Below are positions 27,551-36,416 of a stretch of 62,671 bases of DNA, in pieces; positions within the stretch are counted from its first letter, which is position 1, and each line of letters opens with the position of its first letter. The stretch covers positions 1 to 62,671 of the forward strand of contig JBAZMD010000004.1 in assembly GCA_041649955.1 (NCBI GenBank), read 5' to 3'. Origin of the DNA: Patescibacteria group bacterium (lineage in GTDB: Bacteria > Patescibacteriota > Patescibacteriia > UBA2591 > JAQUPP01). The position numbers and the translations under genes are program-made. Below the pieces are notes generated by a model, which was not told where the DNA came from, did no database searches, and worked only from the letters and a program-made list of their open reading frames with translations.

Positions 27551-28402
27551 TGATTTTTGTTTCTTCGGTCTCCCTAAATAGCAAGGCATATATTGATCAA
27601 AAGAGCAGTCATGACATTGTTTAATAGGCAAAAGTCTGAAATATTGCTTTAGCAGTTTTTCTAAATCTTTCTTTAAAAATATAAGTAAGCGTTTATGTTG
27701 TTTAGAACCAAATACTTTTTCACACCACCGATAAAAATCCTTAGGAACTTTAGCTTGTTTATATAATGGGGCCATTTTTTTAAAAACAGGAGCCCAGTCA
27801 ACGATACTTGGAGATTTAGGAAAAGGATTAGCATCGCTTAAATATTTTAAGTACATATAAAGTTCAGTTTTTGAAATTTTTTTCTTTCTATATTTTTCAA
27901 ACCATTTAATCCATTTTTCTCCTTTAATTTCAGGCTTAAGATTTGCACGGGTTACCTCTCTTAATAAAATATATCCGTCAGGTTTTAATAAATCTTGAAG
28001 TTTGCTTAGGAGTTTTTTCAGATCATTTTTGCTCAGTAATTGATTCAAAGAAGCGTCACTCAAAATTAAGTCAAAGCTTTCTTTTTTGAATTTCATTTCT
28101 AACCAGTTACAGATAACTTTTTTCTCTTTTGGGTTTTTATGTTTTACTATTTCATCCATAGCCTTGATCATATCTTGGCTTATATCACAAACAATGGTTT
28201 CTAGATGGTACTTTGTGCAGATGTCTCTTGACTCGGGCGTGGCTCCCAAAATTAAAACTTTTGATTTTTCTTTAACCTTTTGTTTGATTATTTTTTGCCA
28301 AATTTCAATTTGACTGGAACTGGGCCTGGCCGGTGGTTTTATATATTTTTTCCAGACCGAAGCCATTTGTTTCCAAGTTTGAATTTGTGGTTTTTTCGTC
28401 AT
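27539..28402 (-). CDS. class I SAM-dependent methyltransferase, paralogue A
   Basis: VLILGATPESRD...VCDISQDMI...ILSDASLN...LKPDGYILL (divergent motif I, motif II/post-I, motif IV region). Substrate unknown. Confidence 0.6.
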   Translation of the reverse strand: MTKKPQIQTWKQMASVWKKYIKPPARPSSSQIEIWQKIIKQKVKEKSKVLILGATPESRDICTKYHLETIVCDISQDMIKAMDEIVKHKNPKEKKVICNWLEMKFKKESFDLILSDASLNQLLSKNDLKKLLSKLQDLLKPDGYILLREVTRANLKPEIKGEKWIKWFEKYRKKKISKTELYMYLKYLSDANPFPKSPSIVDWAPVFKKMAPLYKQAKVPKDFYRWCEKVFGSKQHKRLLIFLKKDLEKLLKQYFRLLPIKQCHDCSFDQYMPCYLGRPKKQKSKKQ

Positions 28403-28412
28403 ACTATTTTTT

Positions 28413-29264
28413 TTATTTCCTTTTAGCTATGAATAATTTTACAGGATAAAAATCATATTTATCACTGTCGCTTTGTTTAACATCTATTAATTTGAAATAT
28501 TTACTTATTAGTTTTATAAATTCTTTCTGTTTAACAATGGTATGAAAAATATAATTCTTTAACCTCCACAGCTTTGTAAATTCTTCCTTATTAATTATCT
28601 TTATTTGATAAGCTTTTTTAAATTGTTCAAAAACTTTTTTAGCATCATTGATTTTGGTTAAGGGATTATAAACCTGTTTTTTAAAATTCAGAAATCTACC
28701 TCTCAAATAAAAATTGTTAAATGTGAATTTACCCTCTCTGAATAATTTCACATTTTTCTCAAAATTATTAAATTTTCCATTATCAGGATAAACCACCTCT
28801 TTCAAAGAAAGATATCCTCCGGGAACAAGCCATTTTGCCATTAGAGAAAAAATCTTTGGAAAGTCTTTGAAAGATAAATTATTTATTGCGATATCACTTA
28901 AGATAATATGAAAAGAATTATTTTTCAAAGGTACGGATAACCAATTACTTTTTATTATTGTTTCTTTTGCCCTGTCTTTTACTTTGACTAATTGTTGTGT
29001 TTTCTTTATCATTTCCAAGTTCATATCACAAGCAATTACTTCAAATCCTTCTTTTAAAGCTAAATCTCGAAGCTCAGGAGTAACCCCTAAAATAAGAGCT
29101 TTAGGATTTTTGAATCTTCCCTTGATTATCTTTAGATTATTTCTATGAAAAACTAAAGTTTTTTTATCAGGGACTATTGGACTTAATTTCCTTTTAGCAT
29201 AATACTCTAAATGATTAATCTGACTCCATTCTTTTAATTTTTCTCGTTTAGTAATTTTCCCCAT
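28413..29264 (-). CDS. class I SAM-dependent methyltransferase, paralogue B
   Basis: ALILGVTPELRD...ACDMNLEMI...ILSDIAIN...LVPGGYLSL, colinear with paralogue A. Confidence 0.6.
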   Translation of the reverse strand: MGKITKREKLKEWSQINHLEYYAKRKLSPIVPDKKTLVFHRNNLKIIKGRFKNPKALILGVTPELRDLALKEGFEVIACDMNLEMIKKTQQLVKVKDRAKETIIKSNWLSVPLKNNSFHIILSDIAINNLSFKDFPKIFSLMAKWLVPGGYLSLKEVVYPDNGKFNNFEKNVKLFREGKFTFNNFYLRGRFLNFKKQVYNPLTKINDAKKVFEQFKKAYQIKIINKEEFTKLWRLKNYIFHTIVKQKEFIKLISKYFKLIDVKQSDSDKYDFYPVKLFIAKRK

Positions 29265-29266
29265 AT

Positions 29267-29328
29267 TATTTTTTAATTTATTTTTTAAAAATTTTAATTA
29301 TTTTTTTCTATTACAATCATTGCTTTTT
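29267..29328. repeat. 62-bp perfect direct repeat, copy B
   Basis: Identical to 27489-27550. Here it contains the last 11 codons and stop of the 29294-30157 peptidase-like gene, read in a different frame. Confidence 0.85.
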
Positions 29329-30157
29329 GGCCATTTAAAATTTCTACCGCCTTCTCGTCTTTGGATAAATTTTCTTTTTCGCCTAAAGCAAACGGCCAGT
29401 CATGAATTGAATCCCAAAAATTATCATAAGAATAAGAAAAATTTTCTCCGCGCTTGGTGCCCGGATCATTGGTAATAATTTCTTTATCATTATATCCTTT
29501 TACCACTAACATATGGTAAACCGGCCCCGGATTTTTAAAATATTTATTTTCAAGCAATCGTCCGGCCGTCGGCACAATCACTAAATTGCCCTGACTGAGC
29601 TGATATTTTATATCGTCAATATTTTTAATGGAAGTAAAATATATTTTTTCAATACCGAAATATTGTTGAGCCATTTTAATAATATTTTCCGAATTCAAAT
29701 CATAATGTCCGCCGAAATTATCCATTTGCCAGCTGACTGAAGATAAAATTTCTTGATCTGCCGCAGCCAAAGATAATTTTTGATTATTCAACCAATATTT
29801 AGCCATAATTAAAGCTGTTTCTTCACAAGCTTCATTGTGCAAATCATCCCATTTACCGAAAGGAGCTTGAGAAACAAAAGGCACAGATAAATTAACGCTT
29901 GATTTTATTTCGCGGGTTTCAGGAATTATTTTATTTTCTTCAACTAAAGGTTGAGTTTCTTTGTTTACTATTTTACTTTGTTCCGGAATAGATTGATTGG
30001 TGTTTATTTTTTCAGTTTGATTTGTTTCGGCCGGCACTACTTCTTTTTTTGACAAATCTTTGGGCGAAAATAACCAAAAATCAAAAACAAAAACCGTGGC
30101 AATAGTTACGAAAATAATAATTATTTTTTGAGCAATTCTTTTGTTATTTTTTGCCAT
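29294..30157 (-). CDS. membrane-anchored C39-like (YvpB-type) cysteine peptidase domain protein
   Basis: N-terminal TM helix, then VPFVSQAPFGKWDD..ACEETALIMA and a later GYN...DPG segment. Confidence 0.55.
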   Translation of the reverse strand: MAKNNKRIAQKIIIIFVTIATVFVFDFWLFSPKDLSKKEVVPAETNQTEKINTNQSIPEQSKIVNKETQPLVEENKIIPETREIKSSVNLSVPFVSQAPFGKWDDLHNEACEETALIMAKYWLNNQKLSLAAADQEILSSVSWQMDNFGGHYDLNSENIIKMAQQYFGIEKIYFTSIKNIDDIKYQLSQGNLVIVPTAGRLLENKYFKNPGPVYHMLVVKGYNDKEIITNDPGTKRGENFSYSYDNFWDSIHDWPFALGEKENLSKDEKAVEILNGQKAMIVIEKNN

Positions 30158-31151
30158 ATTGAGTTTGATAATATTTTAAATATTCTCCTGTTTTGATTCT
30201 TTGCCACCAACTCTGATTATTTTTATACCAATCAACTGTTATTTTTAAAGCTTCACTGAATTTATATTCGGGTTTCCAACCCAATTTTTTTATTTTTGAC
30301 GAATCTATGGCATAACGGCGATCATGAGCCAAACGATCTTTAACATATTCAATAGATGATTCATTTTTGCCCAATATTTTAAAAATATTTTTAGTGATTT
30401 CAATATTTTCTTTTTCGGAATTTCCGCCAATATTGTAAATCTCACCAATTTTTCCTTTATGCAAGACCAAGTCAATGGCTATGGAATTGTCTAAAACATA
30501 AAGCCAATCGCGTACTTGTTTGCCATCGCCGTAAATCGGCACTTTTTTGCCTTCTAATAAATTAGTGACAAAAAGCGGAATTAATTTTTCCGGATATTGA
30601 AAGGGGCCGTAATTATTTGAACTGCGAGTAATTAAAACCGGCAAATTATAAGTTTTAAAATATGACAAAGCCAATAATTCTGCTGATGCTTTTGAGGCAG
30701 AATAAGGACTGGAAGGGTCTAAAATATCAGTTTCCTTGAATTTACCCTTTAAAATAGAACCGTAAACCTCATCAGTGCTGATTTGAATAAATCGGCTGAT
30801 TTTATATTTTTTTGAAGCTTCAAGCAGAATTTGAACACCCAAAATATTGGTTTTAATAAATTCTTCCGCGTCTAAAATGGAGCGATCAACATGGGTCATG
30901 GCGGCAAAATTTATAATCGCATCCGGTTTTTCATTTTTTAATAAATTATCAATCAAATTTTTGTCACAAATATCGCCTTTGATAAATTTATAATTCGGAT
31001 TTTTCTCAATATCTTTTAAATTTTCCAAATTGCCGCAATAATTTAATTTATCCAGATTAACTATCTGATAATTTTTATATTTTTTAAAAATATAATGGAT
31101 AAAATTACTTCCTATAAAACCGGCTCCGCCGGTGACTAAAATTTTCTTCAT
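30144..31151 (-). CDS. rfbB: dTDP-glucose 4,6-dehydratase
   Basis: VTGGAGFIGSNF, YSASKA and the NYGPFQYPEKLIP motif. Confidence 0.9.
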   Translation of the reverse strand: MKKILVTGGAGFIGSNFIHYIFKKYKNYQIVNLDKLNYCGNLENLKDIEKNPNYKFIKGDICDKNLIDNLLKNEKPDAIINFAAMTHVDRSILDAEEFIKTNILGVQILLEASKKYKISRFIQISTDEVYGSILKGKFKETDILDPSSPYSASKASAELLALSYFKTYNLPVLITRSSNNYGPFQYPEKLIPLFVTNLLEGKKVPIYGDGKQVRDWLYVLDNSIAIDLVLHKGKIGEIYNIGGNSEKENIEITKNIFKILGKNESSIEYVKDRLAHDRRYAIDSSKIKKLGWKPEYKFSEALKITVDWYKNNQSWWQRIKTGEYLKYYQTQYGKK

Positions 31152-31170
31152 AAATATAAAATTATTTTTT

Positions 31171-31308
31171 AACCCGCGCCCTAAATCCGAAGTAGATTTA
31201 GGCGTTATAATTAGTTTAATTCACGGGAACGCCTACATCCCAACTTTGTTGGGACTGCGGCTTATTTTAGTTTTAGATTAATTTTATTTAAAGATTTAGG
31301 GCGGGGTT
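31171..31308. repeat. intergenic element closed by AACCCGCGCCCTAAATC / GATTTAGGGCGGGGTT
   Basis: Arms at 31171-31187 and 31293-31308. The left arm can alternatively pair with the nearby gatttagg (31194-31201). Internal hairpins ggcgtt/aacgcc and tcccaac/gttggga. Shares words with the 22239-22392 element. Confidence 0.55.
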
Positions 31309-31339
31309 CTCAAAATTCTAATCAAAAATTCTTCAGTTA

Positions 31340-31795
31340 TTAACCTCTAATTTTTGAAGAATTTTGGAACACCCAAAATTTATTTAAATAAAAACGGATA
31401 AACATAACCAACAAAGCGCTGATCGCTTTACCCAAAAGATCGTATAAATTTATTTTTTCCACCAAAAATCCGAATAAATATTGATAAATTGCCAATCCAA
31501 TAATTACCACCACCCAAAATTTCATATACTGCCGAAAAATTCCAACTTCTTCGTTTCTAAATGTCCATTTTTTATTCATGGTGAAATTAACCGTTGCCCC
31601 GACGACTGTGCCGAAAAAATTGGCCCAAAGATAATGAATTCTGAAAAATGGAAAAAGACGAGTCAAAAAAATATAAACGGCGAAATCTAAAATCGTACAG
31701 ATCCCGCCGGTAATAAAAAACTTAATAAACTGTCTGAGATGAGGATATTTTTGAACAATTGAAAGATTTCTTATTTTTTCAATAATTCTTTTCAT
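31340..31795 (-). CDS. GtrA-family membrane protein
   Basis: 4-TM 151-aa protein with FIKFFITGG and N-x-K-W-T-F motifs. Confidence 0.75.
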   Translation of the reverse strand: MKRIIEKIRNLSIVQKYPHLRQFIKFFITGGICTILDFAVYIFLTRLFPFFRIHYLWANFFGTVVGATVNFTMNKKWTFRNEEVGIFRQYMKFWVVVIIGLAIYQYLFGFLVEKINLYDLLGKAISALLVMFIRFYLNKFWVFQNSSKIRG

Positions 31796-32812
31796 TTATT
31801 TCAAATATTCTGCTTTATTTTTATTATGTTCTTCAATTGTTTGACTGAAAATAATTTTTCCTTCAGGAGTGGAAAGAAAACAGCAATAATCGCTATTTAA
31901 AGGATAAATTGTCGCTCTGATCGCCGAAAGACCTGGATTATTAATCGGTCCGGGCGGCAAACCGCGGTGAAGATAGGTATTATAAGGTGAAGGAGTGCGA
32001 GTATCTTCAAAACTCAAATGCGCTTTTGGCGCTCCTAAAATATAATTAATTGTGGCGCAAGATTCTAATGCCCAATTCTCTTTTAATCTTTTCCAAAAAA
32101 TATCTGCCACTAATCTCCTGTCTTGATCTAAGGCCGCTTCTTTCTCCACTATGGAAGACATGGTTATAAATTCAAAAATAGTTTTGTTGGATTTTTTAAT
32201 ATCAGTCCTCAGCTGGTCGTCTAATTTTTTACCAAAATTATCCAACATTTTTTTAATAATGGCTTCGGAGGTGGTGTCTTTAAAAAATTTATAAGTATCA
32301 GGAAAAAGATAACCTTCTAAATTATTACTTTCTGGCTGACTGGCTAAAAAATCATAAGTGGAATATAAAGTTTGATCTTGGCTTATTTTTTCCAAGGCGG
32401 CCAAAAAATCTGTCTGAGAAACTAATCCCGCTTTTTCTAAAACAGCGCCAATTTCTTTATTGGTTAAACCCTCAATAATAGTGACTGTTTTTTCTTGAGC
32501 TATTGCCTGACTAGTTAAAGATTTAATCAGATCGTTTAATGTCATTCCTTTATTTAAAGAATATTCTCCGGCTAAAAATTTATTGCGTGTATTGGTCAAA
32601 AAGGCGTACAATTCAAATAATTTGACATTGTTAATAATACCCTTGTCTTTTAATTTAGCGGCGATATCATTAAGCCCTTCTCCTTTTTCCACAATAAAAG
32701 TTTGCACCTGGCCTTCTGTAACGACCGGTTTTGAATGATTAAAACAAAAATACAAGCCGATGGCTATAACGACAAAAACCAAATAACCAATGATAATTCC
32801 CTTTTTTTCCAT
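31796..32812 (-). CDS. mltG: endolytic murein transglycosylase MltG (YceG-like)
   Basis: N-terminal TM helix, SSIVEKEA and GLPPGPINNPG motifs. Confidence 0.85.
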   Translation of the reverse strand: MEKKGIIIGYLVFVVIAIGLYFCFNHSKPVVTEGQVQTFIVEKGEGLNDIAAKLKDKGIINNVKLFELYAFLTNTRNKFLAGEYSLNKGMTLNDLIKSLTSQAIAQEKTVTIIEGLTNKEIGAVLEKAGLVSQTDFLAALEKISQDQTLYSTYDFLASQPESNNLEGYLFPDTYKFFKDTTSEAIIKKMLDNFGKKLDDQLRTDIKKSNKTIFEFITMSSIVEKEAALDQDRRLVADIFWKRLKENWALESCATINYILGAPKAHLSFEDTRTPSPYNTYLHRGLPPGPINNPGLSAIRATIYPLNSDYCCFLSTPEGKIIFSQTIEEHNKNKAEYLK

Positions 32813-32824
32813 ACAAAAAAATAA

Positions 32825-32959
32825 TTAAAGTCCCAATTTCTTATATATTTCTTTAATCGATTCTTTTAATTTTTCTTTATCGGGAGTTTCTTTTTTTAAG
32901 CGATTTTTCTCTTTGCGGATAAATTTGCAAAGGCTGTAGGACAAACGTGGTTTAGTCAT
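32825..32959 (-). CDS. possible 44-aa basic protein
   Basis: Below the ORF-track cut-off. Reads MTKPRLSYSLCKFIRKEKNRLKKETPDKEKLKESIKEIYKKLGL. Fills an otherwise empty spacer; no SD seen. Confidence 0.3.
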   Translation of the reverse strand: MTKPRLSYSLCKFIRKEKNRLKKETPDKEKLKESIKEIYKKLGL

Positions 32960-32996
32960 AAAATCATATAAGTTATTATTATGTTTTTATTATAGC

Positions 32997-33026
32997 AAAA
33001 AGGGGTTGTTTTTGCAACCCCTTTTT
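32997..33026. terminator. bidirectional terminator hairpin
   Basis: 12-bp stem aaaaaggggttg/caaccccttttt. Confidence 0.7.
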
Positions 33027-33049
33027 AAAATATTTCATATTTCCTCCTT

Positions 33050-33250
33050 TTAACAAAAATATTTTATTAATAATCCGATAATATTCCCTCCTCCCCAAAC
33101 AATCATACCCATCCCGACTACAAAAATCACACAATCAATTTCAAATTTTCTGATTTTTGCTTCAGGGTTTCCAAGCCTCAGTTTATCGCCGATAAACATT
33201 AGCCCCGCGCCGATAATTACCAACAAAATAAATCCAGAATATTGTGACAT
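33050..33250 (-). CDS. small 2-TM membrane protein (66 aa)
   Basis: Strong SD aaggaggcgagaa-ATG; two hydrophobic helices. Confidence 0.65.
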   Translation of the reverse strand: MSQYSGFILLVIIGAGLMFIGDKLRLGNPEAKIRKFEIDCVIFVVGMGMIVWGGGNIIGLLIKYFC

Positions 33251-33388
33251 TTCTCGCCTCCTTTTTTAAAACTACTATTGGTATTTATTTAAGCATTTTT
33301 TTCGTTTTTGTCAACCCCTATATTTTAATAGACAAAAAAAATAAAAAATGTTATAATACCCTACATTGTATAAACGACTAAATAATCT

Positions 33389-34168
33389 ATGAGAGAATTT
33401 GAACAATTTGGTGAAAATAATTTTTTCCCAGACCAAGAAAAAATAAATAAAAAAGAAAATCCAACTGACAAAAATCCTGTGGGACAAGTTTTTAATTCTT
33501 CCCCCCGCCCGCACGTGGAAATAGAGAAGAAAAATGAACAGCAAGAATTAATAAATAATTTAAATGAAATTTTAGAGGAGCCCCGGGAGGTTTTAAAGAA
33601 GCTGAATAATCTGGCAGAAAAAAAGCAACAAAAATCAGTTCCGGAATTACTTTGGAATCTTTATGCCTTCATTAGTAAGGATATTCAATCTAACCAACCC
33701 GATAGAATAAAAGATGCTAATAATTTAATTGGACTTTTGGAAACCCTTGATTTTCAAAATCAAGAACAAATCCTGAAAGAAAACGAATTATCAACTTTGT
33801 CTGCCCAACGAAAAGAGCTTGGCCTTAATGTATTTACTAAAGAAAATTTTCAAACCAAAATTCTCAATAAAGCGATAGAATATGGTTTAATTCTTTTGGT
33901 TTCTTCTAAAATTTTTGATCAAACCAAGCCTCTTCAACCGCTTAATCCAACCACTGAATTTTATTATCCACACTTGGAGAAAGACCCCCAAAACCACAAA
34001 TCAATACAGCAAATAGATCAATATAAATTTAATGGCGATTTAAATTCAGAAACAGCTGAAAAAATTTTTTATGAACTTGCTAAATATGCCAGATTAATCG
34101 AGCCTTTGGAAAAAATTTTTCATTTAAAAGAAAAATACCGCGAAAAACTGAATCCTCTGAAAAACTAA
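33389..34168 (+). CDS. hypothetical protein (259 aa)
   Basis: ORF preceded by a TAGACA-17-TATAAT promoter (about 33324-33352). No motif recognised. Confidence 0.6.
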   Translation: MREFEQFGENNFFPDQEKINKKENPTDKNPVGQVFNSSPRPHVEIEKKNEQQELINNLNEILEEPREVLKKLNNLAEKKQQKSVPELLWNLYAFISKDIQSNQPDRIKDANNLIGLLETLDFQNQEQILKENELSTLSAQRKELGLNVFTKENFQTKILNKAIEYGLILLVSSKIFDQTKPLQPLNPTTEFYYPHLEKDPQNHKSIQQIDQYKFNGDLNSETAEKIFYELAKYARLIEPLEKIFHLKEKYREKLNPLKN

Positions 34169-34198
34169 AAAATATACTTAAAAAAATAATATAAACCT

Positions 34199-34510
34199 AT
34201 GATTTTCAATAATCAAAATTTTCAAGAAGAAGTTTTAGAATCAAAATTGCCCGTTCTGGTGGATTTTTTCAGCACTTGGTGTCCGCCTTGCCAAATGATT
34301 GCTCCAATTATTGAAAAATTATCCCAAGAAATGGAAGAAAAAATTAAAATCGGCAAATTCAACATTGAGGATAGCGTGGAATTGGCCCAAAAATATAATA
34401 TCGGCACTGTTCCAACTTTGATTTTTTTTAAAAATGGAAAAGAGATAAAAAGATTAAGGGGAGCTCAAAGCGAAGAAAATTTACAACAAGAAATTGATTC
34501 AATTTTATGA
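34199..34510 (+). CDS. trxA: thioredoxin
   Basis: WCPPC active site; 103 aa. Confidence 0.9.
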   Translation: MIFNNQNFQEEVLESKLPVLVDFFSTWCPPCQMIAPIIEKLSQEMEEKIKIGKFNIEDSVELAQKYNIGTVPTLIFFKNGKEIKRLRGAQSEENLQQEIDSIL

Positions 34511-35445
34511 TTTATGATTTAATCATTGTCGGCGCCGGACCAGCCGGCCTATCCGCTTCTATTTATGCGTCTCGCGCCGGACTTAAACATTTATTGATCG
34601 GCCAAATGGAGCAAGGACTGACTGCTACCATTTTTTCTATTGAAAATTATCCCGGTTTTGAAAATATTTCCGGACCGGAATTAATGCAAAAATTTTCAGA
34701 CCAAGCAAAAAAATACAATGCCGAAATTTTATCCGACGAAGTAATTAATATTAAAAAAGAAGAAGAAATCTTTAAAATTAAAACTAAAAATAATAAAAAT
34801 TTTGAATCAAAAACAATAATTTTAGCTTATGGCAATCAGCGCCGAAAATTAAACGTGCCAGGAGAACAGGAATTTACCGGCAAAGGCGTGAGTTATTGCG
34901 CTGTTTGCGATGGCCCTTTATATAAAAATAAAACAGTTGCCGTGGTCGGCGGCGGAAATTCAGCTCTTTCCAGTGCCATTTTCTTGGCCAAACAAGCGGC
35001 CAAGGTTTATTTAATCAGTATTTATGAACAATTTAAGGGCCAAACTGTTCTGCAAGAACAAATTCAGCAAGAAAAAAAGATTATCCCAATCGTCAATCAT
35101 TCAATTAAAGAAATCAGGGGTAAAGATATGGTTCAAGAAATTATTTTAAATACTCCTTCGAAAGAAACTGAAATTTTAAAACTTGACGGCGTATTCGTGG
35201 AAATCGGCTATGAACCGAGTAAAAATTTGTCTTTATTTGACAGTTCCGCCAATCCGGAAAAAAATAAAGCCGGTTATATTCAAACCGACTATTTAACGCG
35301 CACCAATATTCCGGGTTTATTCGCCGCCGGAGATATTGCCGGCGAACCGGATAAATTACGACAAATTATTACTGCCAGTGCCGAAGGATCTATTTCTGCA
35401 ATTGCCGCTTTTCGTTTTTGCCAAAAACCATCTGACAAAAAATAA
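34507..35445 (+). CDS. trxB: thioredoxin-disulfide reductase
   Basis: GAGPAG and CAVCDG redox motifs; GGGNSA. ATGA overlap with trxA. Confidence 0.9.
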   Translation: MIYDLIIVGAGPAGLSASIYASRAGLKHLLIGQMEQGLTATIFSIENYPGFENISGPELMQKFSDQAKKYNAEILSDEVINIKKEEEIFKIKTKNNKNFESKTIILAYGNQRRKLNVPGEQEFTGKGVSYCAVCDGPLYKNKTVAVVGGGNSALSSAIFLAKQAAKVYLISIYEQFKGQTVLQEQIQQEKKIIPIVNHSIKEIRGKDMVQEIILNTPSKETEILKLDGVFVEIGYEPSKNLSLFDSSANPEKNKAGYIQTDYLTRTNIPGLFAAGDIAGEPDKLRQIITASAEGSISAIAAFRFCQKPSDKK

Positions 35446-35842
35446 TTATCACTCCTCCTGAAATCATCAGATCTGCCAAATTGATAATTGGAAAATAAAA
35501 AACACTCAAATAATCTATCACTGCCTTGTATTCCAAACGATCCAAAAGATTGGAAATCGCTCCGGCAAAAATCAAACTGAAAGCTAAAATTTTGGAAACA
35601 TTTTTTGTTCTATAACCTTTAATCAAATTGTCTGCCAACCACCAAAAAATAATAATTAATAAAAAATAAAAAAGTATTCCGTTAAACGGAATACTTAAAG
35701 CCAAATTTGGATTTTTAAATAAAGAAAAATTAAAGAATAAATTATCAATAGTCCTGTCCAAAAGGGCTATTTTTTTAAACAATCGGTCTAAAATAAAAAA
35801 AAACAAAACCAATATATTGATTAATATTAATTTATTTTTCAT
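35390..35842 (-). CDS. lspA: lipoprotein signal peptidase II
   Basis: NLLDRL and VIDYL...FPIINLAD motifs; 4 TM helices. Confidence 0.8.
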   Translation of the reverse strand: MKNKLILINILVLFFFILDRLFKKIALLDRTIDNLFFNFSLFKNPNLALSIPFNGILFYFLLIIIFWWLADNLIKGYRTKNVSKILAFSLIFAGAISNLLDRLEYKAVIDYLSVFYFPIINLADLMISGGVIIIFCQMVFGKNEKRQLQK

Positions 35843-35853
35843 TTTTAAAATTA

Positions 35854-36207
35854 TTATTTATGGCAATCAAGGCAATGCTTGGCTTGGGGTAAAACTTTAA
35901 GCCTTTTTATATCAATCGGCTGTCCGCATTTTTCACAAAGCCCGTATTTGCCTTTTTCGATTTTTTTTAAGGCAGTCTCCACATTATTTAAAGAATTTTC
36001 AAGCGTATCTTCCAAAGAAAGAGTATCAATAAAAGTCGCCACTTCATCAGCGTTTTCATCTTCAGAATCGCCATATTCAGGGAATTTAGCTTCATAACCA
36101 TTTTGGTTGCGAGCGCTTTTGTTGGCAATTTCTTCCAATTGTTTTTTTAATTCTTGTCTCTGCTTTAAAAGGTCTTCTTTGATTGAAGCTAAAAAGTTTT
36201 TTAACAT
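35854..36207 (-). CDS. DksA/TraR-family C4 zinc-finger protein
   Basis: CEKCGQPI...x17...CLDC zinc ribbon after a coiled-coil region. Confidence 0.8.
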   Translation of the reverse strand: MLKNFLASIKEDLLKQRQELKKQLEEIANKSARNQNGYEAKFPEYGDSEDENADEVATFIDTLSLEDTLENSLNNVETALKKIEKGKYGLCEKCGQPIDIKRLKVLPQAKHCLDCHK

Positions 36208-36282
36208 AATTTTTTTAAAATTAAAGTTATTAAAAGCCCTCTCTTGATAATAATCTTATTATTAAACGAGTGAAATAAAGAG

Positions 36283-36409
36283 TAACTTGCCTACTGGCGA
36301 GATTAATCTTCTGATCCCGCTGTTAGCGGGAGCAGATATCAAAGGGTTAATACCCTTTATTTTGATGCTCTCATATTAGGGTATAACACATCTTTTTCAA
36401 GGCAAGTTA
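36283..36409 (-). ncRNA. candidate structured RNA / leader upstream of the DksA-like gene
   Basis: 9-bp closing stem taacttgcc/ggcaagtta enclosing the hairpins cccgc-tgtta-gcggg, aaaggg-ttaata-cccttt and gagca/tgctc. A perfect DnaA-box word TTATCCACA abuts it at 36407-36415. Confidence 0.3.
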
Positions 36410-36416
36410 TCCACAT

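Noticed and set aside
32979-33038. 19-codon ORF (MKYFKKGLQKQPLFAIIKT) directly after a perfect AAGGAGG that follows the stop of the 66-aa membrane-protein gene.
   Set aside because: - The ORF runs through the bidirectional terminator hairpin.
- The SD-to-ATG spacing is only 4 nt.
- There is nothing to suggest conservation.
- It is probably fortuitous, though ribosome profiling could revisit it.
33311-33544. 77-aa minus-strand ORF overlapping the promoter and start of the 33389-34168 gene.
   Set aside because: The sequence is low-complexity and F/Y/I-rich. It overlaps a better-supported gene and its TAGACA-17-TATAAT promoter.
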